Shown here: positions 9,853 through 21,385 of the stretch, piece by piece | How the letters are laid out: each line of letters opens with the position of its first letter | Numbering within the stretch: position 1 is the first letter of the stretch | Source of the DNA: Octopus bimaculoides | Taxonomy: Eukaryota | DNA length: 32,979 bases | Assembly: GCF_001194135.2 (NCBI RefSeq) | Contig: NC_068993.1 | Span: 22,816,519-22,849,497, forward strand | Direction of reading: 5' to 3' | Translations under genes and position numbers: made by a program | The notes under the pieces: model-generated | The model's input: the letters and a program-made list of their open reading frames with translations, nothing else | Told to the model about the DNA's origin: nothing | The model's database searches: none

Positions 9853-10059
9853 CACCTTTGTGCTAGCGCAGTGATGCGTGCTGCATTTTTTTCGGGTGCG
9901 GTGGGTATATTGTATTGTATCAGTATGTTTTGTTATGGGGTTTGGTTTGAATCATCTGTTGTATTAGTTTTTATACTCCTGTGTTGTTTGTGTAGAACAG
10001 GTTGTCTTCTCTTGTATTTGTTTTTGTATTGTGTGTTGTTTGTGTAGCATAGCTTCTGT

Positions 10060-11330
10060 TTTTCTGTCGCATATTCATACTCACACTTTTATCTCTCAGC
10101 ATACCTTTCCCTACTCCAAGTTTCTTAATTCCCTTCCTCACTCTGTATGCCACCTCCTCAGCCAAACTCCCATCTGCCGTCATGTGTGATCCCAGGCACT
10201 TAAAACCTGTCACCTCCTCTAACTTCTCACAGTTTTTACCCACATCCATCCTACCAGCCAGTCCATCTCTCGAACATCTTATCACCTTAATCTTAGCTAC
10301 ATTCACTTTCAGTTTCCTGCTCTCACACACTCTTCCAAACTCTACCACTAGTCTCCTCAGTTGCTCTTCCAAATCTGCCATCAGTGCTGTATCATCAGCA
10401 AACAATAACAGACTCACTTGACATTTCTCTCCATTTTCTCCCTCCATTTGGGCTCCCCTACCAAAGGTTCTGTCATTTACCTCTCTCACCACAACATCCA
10501 CATATAAATTAAACAGCCACGGAGACATTATTCAACCTTGTCTTAACCCCACCTTCACATCAAACCATTCACTTCACCACCCACCTTAACGCTCGTCCTA
10601 CTGTCTGTATAAAATTCTCAACAAGCTACCATCTACTCCATACAACCGCAACACCTGCCACATTGCATCCCAATCCACACGGCCATATCCCTTCGCTAGG
10701 ACCATAAAGCCCAATATACATCCCACCCTTTTGTCAAGAACTTCTCACACATCTGCCTTACTGCAAATATCTGATCTGTACACCCCCTTCCACTCCTAAA
10801 ACCACACTGCCCTTCCCCTGGTACAATCTCTGTCTGGCTCCTCACCCTAACAAACAGAATTTTCTCATACAAGTTTTCCAACCACACACAACAGACTTAT
10901 ACTCCTAAAATTTCCACACTCACACTTATCCCCTTTCCCCTTGTGCAGTTGCATACAGACACTGCCCCAGTCTTTTGGTAATCTTCCAGCCATATAACAA
11001 ACATTCATAATCCTCACTAACCATTCAATCACTGCCACCCCTCCTTTCATTTAAGCTTTCTACTGTACCTCCATTTCTACCTGGCGCTTTCCGGTTTGCC
11101 ATCTGCCGCAAGGATTTCCTCACTCCTCTCTTCCAATTCCACCGTAGTTCCATTCTCCAACAACAGGCATTCTCCTCATTCCTCCTGCAGCCACTATACT
11201 TGCCTCACTAACACCCTCCACATCTAACAACTCATTAAAATACTCTGCCCATCTCCTCTGTACATGTTCACTTCCTTTCAGCAAATTTGCACTTACCTCC
11301 TTGTAAATCCACATTCTTAAAGAGAGAGCA
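10060..11330 (-). mobile_element. Non-LTR retrotransposon (RTE-like LINE) reverse transcriptase pseudogene fragment
   Basis: Successive broken ORFs give RWAEYFNELL, PKDW...KGKGDKCECGNFRSISLL, EGQCGFRSGRGCTDQIF, MSPWLFNLY, LLFADDTAL, LKVNVAK, FKCLGS. Stops and frameshifts are present and both ends are truncated. Confidence 0.93.
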
Positions 11331-11525
11331 GTGTTGCATAGTCGTATGTATAAATCATAGATCAACTATATCATAGTATTTATGATTATCTGTCCACCCT
11401 TCTTCCTCTTTTTTGGTTGGCTTTCTTATGGGATCCAATTTTACAACGTTTACTTTTTTAACTTAACACCGCCGATGGACATATGCTGATGTTTCTTTCG
11501 TAGTTATAATTACAATTATTACTGT

Positions 11526-11528
<3 letters not shown>

Positions 11529-11575
<47 letters not shown>
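11529..11575. repeat. (AG)n microsatellite
   Basis: Seen directly. Confidence 0.99.
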
Positions 11576-11577
<2 letters not shown>

Positions 11578-11736
11578 AAGAAGAAGTAGCAATGTGCATA
11601 TATACATATTGTATAAATATGGATGCATATGAAATTAAATTGTAAAATTAAAAATTTTACTCATAGGTTTGCAGGATGCGTATTGAAATGTGTTTATATC
11701 TTTACGCACATGTTACTGTAATGTTTCATCAGAGTG

Positions 11737-11746
11737 NNNNNNNNNN
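11737..11746. other. Assembly gap (10 N)
   Basis: N characters. Confidence 1.
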
Positions 11747-11904
11747 AAGTAAACTCTTTCTGTTTCCTGAGATTGCTTACAGTTAGACTGCTTTCTTTCA
11801 TTGTTATTGCGGATTCTTAATTTCTGCTTCGTGATGGTTTCACATTTGATCTATCTTCCCAGCAGCTCACTGTCACACGTCCATGCTGTTCGGTATTCGC
11901 TATT

Positions 11905-11927
11905 TTTATTATTGTTATTATTATTAA

Positions 11928-11962
<35 letters not shown>
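11905..11962. repeat. (ATT)n microsatellite
   Basis: Seen directly. Confidence 0.97.
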
Positions 11963-11966
11963 GAAT

Positions 11967-12199
11967 GAGGGCGTGGAGCTGGAAGAATCGTTAATGCACC
12001 GAGCGAAATGCCTAGCGGTAATTCGTCTGCCGCTACGTTCTGAGTTTAAATTCCACCAAGGTCGACTTTGCCTTTCATCCTTCCGGAGTCAATAAATTAA
12101 GTACCAGATGCGTACTTGGTCGATGTAATCGACTGTCCCCCTCCCCCAACATTTCAGGCTTTGTGCTTGTAAGAGAAAGGATTGTTATTGTTATTATTA
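11967..12199 (+). mobile_element. tRNA SINE (family B), near full length
   Basis: A-box-like GAGCTGGAAGAATCG, B-box-like GAGTTTAAATTCC, GGTCGACTTTGCCTTTCATCC body, (ATT)-type tail. Related copies at 3214, 14760, 18093, 31284 and 31825. Confidence 0.92.
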
Positions 12200-12879
12200 C
12201 TACTAACTTTTTTTTCTATTCCTTTACGGAATGAAAATTACATTACAACGACAATATTTTACATAAACTGTGTTTCTATATGAGTAATATTGCTTTATAT
12301 GTTTTGTTATATATATATGTAGATGAATAGTGATATATAGCCTAAAAGTCAGTTTCTCAGAAATTAATATGAAACTACATTTCGAAGAAATTTATTGGAA
12401 TGTTGGTAGATAAGAACAGAATCTGTATGCATGACATACAAATACGACGAATATCAAATGATAAGGGGGGATGCGTGTGAGTTTGCATGGGTATGTATCC
12501 ATGTGTATGTATATATAAGTACGGAAATATATGTGTGTGTGTGAGTGGTTGTGTGTATGTTGACTAATACACTCCACGCGCGCGCGCACACTCTCTCAGA
12601 CAAACACCCATAAAGATATATAAATGCGCAAATGTATTTATATATATTTTCGATCATTTGACTGCAGCCAAGCTAAGAAACACTTATCATAACATTAATC
12701 GATGAAATGAAGTCCAGTACATATTTTTAAAAACATCTGTTGCATATTATATCGAATCTTCGTCCTGAACCGCTACGTAAGGTGGTAATAGAAAAACCAA
12801 TTAATAATTGCCTGCTAGTAGTGAGGGATAAAAGAAAATCACATTAACACGTAACACATACATACTGATACATATAAAG

Positions 12880-12985
12880 GCATACACAAAACACAGAGAC
12901 AGAACTACACACATACACATGTGTGTATGTGCGTGTGTATGTGCGTGTGTATGTGTGCGTGTGTGTATGTGTGTATACGTGCGCG
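12880..12985. repeat. Degenerate CA/TG microsatellite with 12-bp higher-order units (GTGTGTATGTGC)
   Basis: Seen directly. Confidence 0.85.
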
Positions 12986-13135
12986 CTCGTCGATACGTGG
13001 GGTATCTGTACATTTTTCTATTTCTTAATTCACATATATGTTGCTAGTGGATCAGCGGCTATTGTGGAATGTAATTAAACAAAGAGTGGTATAGGTACAC
13101 CGAACCCGGGGCCTGAATGCACCAATACAAGCATC

Positions 13136-13244
<109 letters not shown>

Positions 13245-14721
13245 GCATCAGATGGTCGGGCGACTTGCACGTACCAATATTTCATCAGTGTACGTCACGA
13301 CTGCAAATGACAACAAAAATTCCGTAACTGAACTGGTTGATTCTGGCTGTTAATAGTTGCTTCATCGTTCAATATTCGCCAATGACTCAATAAGTTAATC
13401 TACCGAAATAATTCATCCCCCCACCCATGCATCTCATGATCTCATTATGATCCTTAATTTGGTAGTTGCAGGGTGCTAAGCTTTGTAAAGGGACTACCCG
13501 TCATTTGGTCCTTAGTTGTTTATTCCCATATTCACAGTGGACTTCTCTTTCGTGCTAATTAACCTTGAAACTCGGAAGGTGTTACTGGTCCGAGTCACAG
13601 TAAATCTGGGAACGATAGTGGTTAAGAAGTTATTCTACACTTTTCAAAATTCTCGAATTCCCGAACCAGGTCACCACTTGTGGATGTAGTTTAAAGTAAT
13701 TTCCAAGTACATACATACATAGAAAGTAGAAAAGATACCCATCAAAGAGAGAAGTTGAGCAAAATATGGAAGTGTGATTGGAAGAGAAGGAGAGAATAAC
13801 AAAGTCATAGCGATGTAGGGAAAAAAGCTGCCTATTGCTGCAAAAATGCTCGAAATAAATGTGTATGTGTGTGTGTAGATATATATTACGAAATGGTTTA
13901 CACGAGAAAGGAAGAGAGAACATGATCAAAGTTTGACTAAATTTAACAGATTTTCCATTCCCGATTGTAACCAGTTTGTCACATAATATACTGGTGTTAT
14001 ACATTTGGCTAAATGTAAAGGGATATTTCTTCCTATATATTTCGGATGACACAAAGTAAAGAGTAGCTTTTCTTCATGTCTGACGGCTTTTATATATCAG
14101 TTACATTTCGGTCGTTGACTTTTGTTACTAAAAGATCTAAAATGTATATTTACTTTAACCTGTATTCCATCGGGAACTGAATAAGTTATATCTATTCCAT
14201 TAAGCAGCGTCTTATGTTCATTTAATTCCTGTATGCTTCCATCTTGACAAAAATTAAAAAAAAAATTTTAAATTAGCAATGGATATATTTTCATGTTTTC
14301 TCTTATATATTCATGAATGCACTTCCATTCTTCATACATTGTACTTTCAAATACTCCAGAAATATATTTTCACAGACTTTAGCAGTTCCAGATTTTTGTC
14401 GGTAATAGTAAAAGATGAAATAGCCATTTTAGACTGCACATTTCAATCCTTCAAGTATTACTTATTTTACTGTATTTTCTGAGACTAGTATTTCATCTTC
14501 TTTATCACAGAGCTGAGGAAGATGTTTTCTTGAAAGATAACTATATCAAGATGCAATAAGTATTTCTTTGATTGCTTTTAAAAAGTACCCCTGCACATCG
14601 AGATTGTCTATAATTAAACTTTAATGATGTTTAAGAAGTAGTGCCAATAACACGTTCAAAACATATTCACACTTTGCATATGTGGACTTTTTACAGACTT
14701 CCCTATATACTTTGCATGTGT

Positions 14722-14769
14722 GATGTTTTGGCTACCAGTACACCGGATGTTTTGGCTACCAGCACACCG
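14722..14769. repeat. 24-bp tandem duplication at a SINE 5' junction
   Basis: GATGTTTTGGCTACCAG(T/C)ACACCG x2. Confidence 0.95.
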
Positions 14770-14950
14770 GACAAAGTGCTTAGCGTATTTCATCCGTCTT
14801 TACGTTCTCAGTTCAAATTCTACCGAGGTCGACTTTACCTTTCTTCCTTGTGGAGTTGATGAAAGAATTACCAGTTCAGATCTGGGGGTCTGTGTAATCA
14901 ACTTCTCCCTCCTCTGAAATTGCTGGCCTTGAGCCAAAATTGAAAACCTA
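14760..14950 (+). mobile_element. tRNA SINE (family B variant), 5'-truncated
   Basis: AGCACACCGGACAAAGTGCTTAGC...CAGTTCAAATTCTACCGAGGTCGACTTTACC...GAAATTGCTGGCCTTGAGCCAAAATTGAAAACC. Confidence 0.85.
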
Positions 14951-15209
14951 TATTTGTAACTAGTTACATTATCATATTCTTTCTCGGCTAATCCTTCAAG
15001 GTATAAGTGTAAAATGTCAAAGAATGTTTCAATTCTTTCTCTTGATTGTAATATTTAAGATGTACATAGTGTATATGTAGTTTCACCCTTCGATATCTCT
15101 GTGGGTTGGATATCTTAATGTACGTCTACTTGCTGATTATTAAAATCAAAATACCGATAAATCATTTTCTAAGTCTTGTAAATAATGAATCATATTTTAC
15201 ACTTCTTTT

Positions 15210-16521
15210 TAAGGTGTGTTTATGAGTGTACGTACAGAAATATCAACGGGGTGGGGAAGAGAGGACGGACGTTTTTCTAATGACTATTACTCAGCCCTAG
15301 GAGGTGGGGGACATATCTCCAACAGGTACCATTCGTTCCATGGTGTCTTAGCACATATTTTTCTTTTCAGATGAAGCCATGGCGCTGTGGATGACAGAGC
15401 ATCGCGTGTCTGCCTACGATAGCTACGTGAAGATTAACGAGTCTGTCACAGCAGATCAGCGTGAGTCTCGGCGCGACTATATTCACCTAAATCAGGCTGT
15501 TCCCTGTGTACACTAATGAACAGAAGCCTGATGGCGGCGCCACGAACTGTACTGACCCTGGAAAATATGGAACGCGTCAGAAATCTTTGATACGGAGTCC
15601 GAATTGCTCTGCTCGGAGGCAATCCCCTAAACTTGGTATCGGTGACTGATCGGTAAGTCATATTTTGCATGAAAATCTTCATTTCCACCCGTAGAAATTG
15701 GCGATCTAAGTTGAACAAGGCAACAATTGAAGCTATGGGACCATGCACAGCGGCTTAACTTCGCACGTGACGTGAGATAGAAGCAATTTTTGAGGCAAGT
15801 GGCAACCTCATTTTGTTAATGAATGATGAAGCTTGTTTTCATCTTAATGGCATGGTGAATCAGCAGAACTGTCGTTATTGGGCGCTCGAAAATCAGAGAG
15901 AATTGCACGAAAGATCACTGCACAACCCAAATTGACGGTCTGGTTTGCTGTTAGAAAAGCTGCTGTCATTGGTCCTTACTTTTTTGAAGACAATGATGGA
16001 AATGCTGTTACTTTGAACTTCGAGCGTTACATCGAAATGAACAACAACATTTTTATGAGTGAATTACAACGAAAACCTATGCCTAATCGACGTGTGTGGT
16101 TTCTGAGCCTCAACAGACGTTCTTCGTGCTCTTTTCGGTGACCGCCTCCTTTCCAGGTTTGCTGATAAACATTGGATCCCTCCAGTCCCCTGAATTCCTC
16201 ATGTGTGATTATTTCTTGTGGAGAAACCTCAAGGCACGTACGTAAGTACATAAGCCTCATGCACTGGACGATGTGAAGGGAGCTATTCGCGTTGAAGTCG
16301 CCCAAATCGGCAGAGTAATGCTGTAGAGAGTGGGAGCCAACTTCCAAGAACGCCTTCAGAAATGCATCAATGAAAACGGGTATGATGGATGTTGGTTTTC
16401 ACACTTAATATTGAAAAATGCTAATTCAGTACAGGTTGATGTCAATAAAATTTGTTTGCTTCTAAAATTAATGATTTTAGGAATTTTTCAAAATCATCTC
16501 ATCTCACTGATACACCCTGTA
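15210..16521 (+). mobile_element. Tc1/mariner-superfamily DNA transposon, rosa/DD41D-like, defective
   Basis: Broken transposase from ATG 15379 includes NDEACFHLNGMVNQQNCRYW, KLTVW, IGPYFFED, ERYIEM, GDRLLSRF, MCDYFLW, NFQERLQKC. Right end CACCCTG|TA at 16513-16521. Left TIR only degenerate, so the start is approximate. Confidence 0.88.
15379..16400 (+). pseudogene. DD41D-type transposase pseudogene
   Basis: Stops, frameshifts and loss of the QQDG motif containing the second catalytic Asp. Confidence 0.85.
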
Positions 16522-16592
16522 AAATTAGATGTTTGTTGTTATGATCTGGTTAACGTGAATATGTATGTGTGTATATACATATATACATATAT

Positions 16593-17393
16593 NNNNNNNN
16601 NNNNNNNNNNNNNNNNNNNNNNNNNNNNNNNNNNNNNNNNNNNNNNNNNNNNNNNNNNNNNNNNNNNNNNNNNNNNNNNNNNNNNNNNNNNNNNNNNNNN
16701 NNNNNNNNNNNNNNNNNNNNNNNNNNNNNNNNNNNNNNNNNNNNNNNNNNNNNNNNNNNNNNNNNNNNNNNNNNNNNNNNNNNNNNNNNNNNNNNNNNNN
16801 NNNNNNNNNNNNNNNNNNNNNNNNNNNNNNNNNNNNNNNNNNNNNNNNNNNNNNNNNNNNNNNNNNNNNNNNNNNNNNNNNNNNNNNNNNNNNNNNNNNN
16901 NNNNNNNNNNNNNNNNNNNNNNNNNNNNNNNNNNNNNNNNNNNNNNNNNNNNNNNNNNNNNNNNNNNNNNNNNNNNNNNNNNNNNNNNNNNNNNNNNNNN
17001 NNNNNNNNNNNNNNNNNNNNNNNNNNNNNNNNNNNNNNNNNNNNNNNNNNNNNNNNNNNNNNNNNNNNNNNNNNNNNNNNNNNNNNNNNNNNNNNNNNNN
17101 NNNNNNNNNNNNNNNNNNNNNNNNNNNNNNNNNNNNNNNNNNNNNNNNNNNNNNNNNNNNNNNNNNNNNNNNNNNNNNNNNNNNNNNNNNNNNNNNNNNN
17201 NNNNNNNNNNNNNNNNNNNNNNNNNNNNNNNNNNNNNNNNNNNNNNNNNNNNNNNNNNNNNNNNNNNNNNNNNNNNNNNNNNNNNNNNNNNNNNNNNNNN
17301 NNNNNNNNNNNNNNNNNNNNNNNNNNNNNNNNNNNNNNNNNNNNNNNNNNNNNNNNNNNNNNNNNNNNNNNNNNNNNNNNNNNNNNNNNNNNN
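16593..17393. other. Assembly gap (N-run)
   Basis: N characters. Confidence 1.
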
Positions 17394-17478
17394 GAAATAA
17401 TTACAAGAAACAGAAATATCTTGAAAGGTATTTAATACATCCTCATTCGACTTATTTAAATACATCTTTTCTCTTTTG

Positions 17479-17479
<1 letters not shown>

Positions 17480-17514
<35 letters not shown>
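17480..17514. repeat. (AT)n microsatellite
   Basis: Seen directly. Confidence 0.97.
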
Positions 17515-17517
<3 letters not shown>

Positions 17518-17518
17518 C

Positions 17519-17632
17519 AAAATAAGCAACAAGGATATCCAAAGTTAATGCAGTACGATCATTGCTTCAATAAATGGAGTCGTATGAAACGATCGTACTG
17601 CATTACCTCTGGATAGCCATGTTGCTTATTTT
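17519..17632. repeat. Palindromic mini-element: 42-bp inverted arms with 30-nt spacer
   Basis: 17519-17560 versus 17591-17632: four mismatches, inner 15 bp (TAATGCAGTACGATC) perfect. Confidence 0.9.
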
Positions 17633-17734
17633 TATTTAAATCACCTTATTTTGGAATGGTATGTATAATACCATACTTAATTCTGGTGCCTAAACTTAAG
17701 TACCTTATTCACCTAGAATATATACATATATTTA

Positions 17735-18025
17735 TTCTTTACTTATTTCAGTCATAAGACTGCGGTCGCAGTAGAGATCCAGCTTGAAGTATTTCACTAG
17801 AATGAATCAAACCAGTACTTTGTTTTTAAGCCTGGTACAGCACACACACACGTAGACGCACATGCAAGCGTGCACTGATACATCCGTTTCTATCTACCGA
17901 ATCCACTCAAAAGGCTTTGGTCGGCCTGCTGCTATCGTAGAAGGCAAACATCCTAGGTTCCACGTAGTAGGACTTAATTCTTAAGCATGTGTTTGGGAAG
18001 CAAAATTCTTTCTACACAGACACGT
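17735..18025 (-). mobile_element. CORE-like SINE (family A), degenerate and internally shortened, reverse
   Basis: TTTCAGTCATAAGACTGCGGTC, AAGCCTGGTAC, CCGTTTCTATCTACCGAATCCACTCAAAAGGCTTTGGTCGGCC match the reverse complement of family A. Confidence 0.8.
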
Positions 18026-18092
18026 TTGCACCTCATTTGGTTCCCAATAGATTCGTCATGCAGTGAGACACACATGTAGATATTAAGATATT

Positions 18093-18324
18093 CTTTTCTA
18101 CTCTTGGCACAAAGTCCGAAATTTTGGGGGAGAGGGCCAGTCGATTAGATCGACCCCAGTACGCAACTTAATTTATCGACCAGTACTTAATTAATCGACC
18201 CCGAAAGGATAAAAGACAAATTCGACCTCGGTGGAATTTGAACTTCTAACGTTAAAACAGACAAAATACTATTAAGTATTTCGCCCCGCGGGCTAACGTT
18301 TCTGCCAGCTGATTGTTTTAAGGC
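18093..18324 (-). mobile_element. tRNA SINE (family B), reverse, with 11-bp TSD
   Basis: Reverse complement of family B. ATTAAGATATT at 18082-18092 and 18325-18335. Confidence 0.92.
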
Positions 18325-18837
18325 ATTAAGATATTAACTTATTTATTCAACCATTTTGTGAAGAACAATACCCGAAGACATATCAGCTAACCTAGTGACA
18401 CTGAACTGTGTCTATTAATCTCGATCCTTCATCACTGTCAGTACAGGGATAATTTGTGATATACTGATCTAATGTATTTTGATGTTTTATAATTGAACAT
18501 GAAGTAGTTGAAGCACTAAATTTTTGAAGAGTCTACTGCCATAAAGTTGATCCATAAAATGCTCATGTAAATTGTACTTATAAACTGAAATTATGGAATG
18601 CAATCATGAAGTGCCACTATGTTGAACATAAATCGCCTGAATTTTCACTTTATTCTTTATTCAATCAATTGTTTGTTTTATTGCTTTCAAGATTGGAAAA
18701 TAAATTTAGTTATTAATTAATACATTCTCTGATCTTCATATATTCCATCGCTAATGACGTCACATGTTCATAGTCCATATAAACAGAAGCGTACGCTCAT
18801 ATTTCGTATAGGCAGAGACAACATTATATTCCATATA

Positions 18838-19434
18838 TGAGGTCTGATCAATAAATATCCGGACTGTTGCCATAATAACGAAGCTAAAGTATGCAGAGTG
18901 AAGATTGACTTTGAAATCACGTTCTAGCTTACTTTAGCTGTTTATAGCAGTGCTTGGAAGCCGCATTGACCATGACAGAGAACGTTGTCATTGGTGATAT
19001 CTGCTCAGAGGCCTGTGTAAAGTTCAATGGTTCAGTTCAGTCCACTATCACTGAAGATTTGAGTATGAGACCTGTGTCTGTCAAGTTTGTGCCAAAACTT
19101 CTTTCAGTTGACCAAAAAGACACTCGGATTGCAGTTGCACAAGATCTTGATTGTGTCGAGAGCAATGAAAATTTTTGAAAACCTAGCGTAGGCCTCTGAG
19201 CAGATACCGCAAAGATTTTGGAAAAAAATTTATGCAGATTCTCTGCTCAACTTTCTCTGTCATTCTCAATGTGACGATCACACGCTACACACCTTCCTTC
19301 CAAACACTGTTGCAAACAGCGAAAGTGAGCTAGAACGTTAAAACTTAGAGCACATCTTTGCCAAGCAGCTTCACTCTACGTGCTTTAGCTTTGTTACTAT
19401 GGTAACAGTCCTGATACATATTGATCAGACCGCG
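18838..19434 (+). mobile_element. Internally deleted mariner-type DNA transposon with long TIRs and TA TSD
   Basis: TA|TGAGGTCTGATCAATAAATATCCGGACTG... versus ...CAGTCCTGATACATATTGATCAGACCGCG|TA. Inverted similarity extends ~120 bp. Residual peptide TITEDLSMRPVSVKFVPKLLSVDQK is the mariner linker region. Confidence 0.92.
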
Positions 19435-19439
19435 TATAG

Positions 19440-20045
19440 TAAAACACACACACGTAAACTACCTATTAGAGAAACACTCTCGTACAATCTACATCTGCAT
19501 ACACACTTGTGCTTTCAGATAACATACACCACCATATATAATGTAACACAGAGTATCGTATTCTACTTACAAGGAAATGGAAACACAAGCGTAAGCTTTC
19601 CCTACACAAATACACTTAGATGTATCTATATACATGCGAGCACAAAAATCATATATAAGAACATAGACACACACGCACACATACTCTCCATGTGCACAGA
19701 ACACAGGGACTCACTCACCATATAAGGAGCCAGAAGCATGCAGATACTGTGACACGTACATTTACATATGAACAGATAAACTCCCTATTAATAAACAGAA
19801 AATTACATTCAAGCACATGCATAAACGAATTCACCCATCTACACTCGCATACATGCAAGTGAGCACTCATGATATGGGAACACAGAGAGACTGATACACA
19901 CATATTATAAGTTAAGAATTACGCATAGATACACACAAACTTCGCATATAAGTGAATGCACACATCAGGCACACATACACACACGCGTGCTTATACACAC
20001 GAAGTCACATAGTTTGCAATACAGAGAAAATGCATGCACACGGAG
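19440..20045. repeat. Degenerate CA-rich low-complexity tract
   Basis: Pervasive ACAC/ATAC motifs. Confidence 0.6.
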
Positions 20046-20569
20046 CATCGTGATTGAATAATCATCTACGAATCAATAAATAAACGAAAATATGAGAGTG
20101 TGAAGGAATATAGATATTCGTGTTTCTAAAGAAGAAAATGGTAATTTGTGTTCGCATCAATTGGAAAACCTGGCCAAAGAGTGTAGAAAGGATAATATTC
20201 CCTTTTACGGCTTCTTCTAGAATTCTGATAATGGAAAAATCAAGAAACAGAAATGATGCTGCGAGATGAGAATCAGTTTGCTGCATAGAAATTATCTGAA
20301 CTTTCGTATAAGAAAAGGGTTAAAATAGTGCTACGAAGCGAAAAACACACAAAAAGCACATAATCATCTTTGTCTAATTTTCTTTCATAGACTTAAATGA
20401 GTTCATTTCACAAGAGAAGAGGAAAAGGTTAATTTGAAAAGCATCCCATTTTATGAGAAAATTGAATCACGTGCATTCGTTCGTAAATATATCTCTATTC
20501 CTACATGCTGAATATGTTTATTGGAAAACCTAAACTTGTAAGAGATCCTAATCAGCAGGAGAAACCTCA

Positions 20570-20601
20570 TTAATATATATTTTAATTAAAATATATATTA
20601 A
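20570..20601. repeat. Perfect 32-bp AT-only palindrome
   Basis: TTAATATATATTTTAA|TTAAAATATATATTAA. Confidence 0.95.
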
Positions 20602-20863
20602 ACATTGAATAATGTTTAACATTTCTCTCGTAAAGTATTAATTTTTATATTACTCTGAAATGACGGCGATAAAAGTAGGAGCAGAGTTGCATGAGAAAAA
20701 CAAAGAAACGAAGCGATGCAAAAGAGGTTAAAATGTCAATGTCACAGTACTACTACAATTATAGTGTGAATAATTTGATACAGGCTTCTACTTATTTTAT
20801 ACCTGTTCGACTACCGACTCAAACACAATCATAATGATATTCTGCAAAATGATAGTAATAATA

Positions 20864-21086
20864 GGCGCAAGCATGGCTGTATGGTTAAGAAGCTCACTTT
20901 AAAACGATGTGGTTTCAAGCCCCGCTGCACGACACCCGTGCTAAGTGTTCTTTTATAACCCTGGGTCGACCAATGCCTTGTGATTCAATTCAGTGGACGG
21001 AAACTGTTTGAAGATCTTTGTAATTACACGCACCCCCCACACATATATATGGTAAAGAATGCAACAGCTGAAGCACAAACTACAAC

Positions 21087-21121
<35 letters not shown>

Positions 21122-21385
21122 ACATGCGTGTGTGTGTGCATGCGTGCGTGTGCATGTGTGTGTATGTATGTGTATGTCTTTACATTTGTGCTCCTTTGCT
21201 ACATTGTTTGGAAATTGCTGTTGGATTGTTTACGTTACCCTAACTTAGTGTTTTGGTGAAACAGGCCATAAGTAAGCAACAGACTTAAAGAAGAGATGCT
21301 GGAATCGATTTGTTCGACTAATTCCGTAAATGCAGTGCCCCAGTATGACCACAGTCCAATTACTGAAGTAAACAATAAAAATGAT
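20864..21385 (+). mobile_element. CORE-like SINE (family A), old copy with internal (TG)n
   Basis: GGCGCAAGCATGGCTGTATGGTTAAGAAGCT head, GACCAATGCCTTGTGA...GACGGAAACTG, TG tract 21088-21176, tail GTGCCCCAGTATGACCACAGTCCAATTACTGAAG. Confidence 0.85.

Noticed and set aside
9320-11330. One LINE interrupted by the 9650-10060 segment
   Set aside because: The 9320-9630 piece does not translate as the expected C-terminal continuation of the RT, so I treat it as a separate, uncertain fragment.
13630-14052. 140-aa minus-strand ORF
   Set aside because: It contains a microsatellite-derived stretch (LHTHIHIY), has composition typical of AT-rich non-coding DNA, and shows no recognisable motif.
14722-14769. 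CRISPR-like repeat
   Set aside because: Only two adjacent units with no spacer, eukaryotic context and no cas genes.
15446-16347. Minus-strand ORFs of 100 and 106 aa
   Set aside because: They are antisense shadows of the transposase pseudogene.
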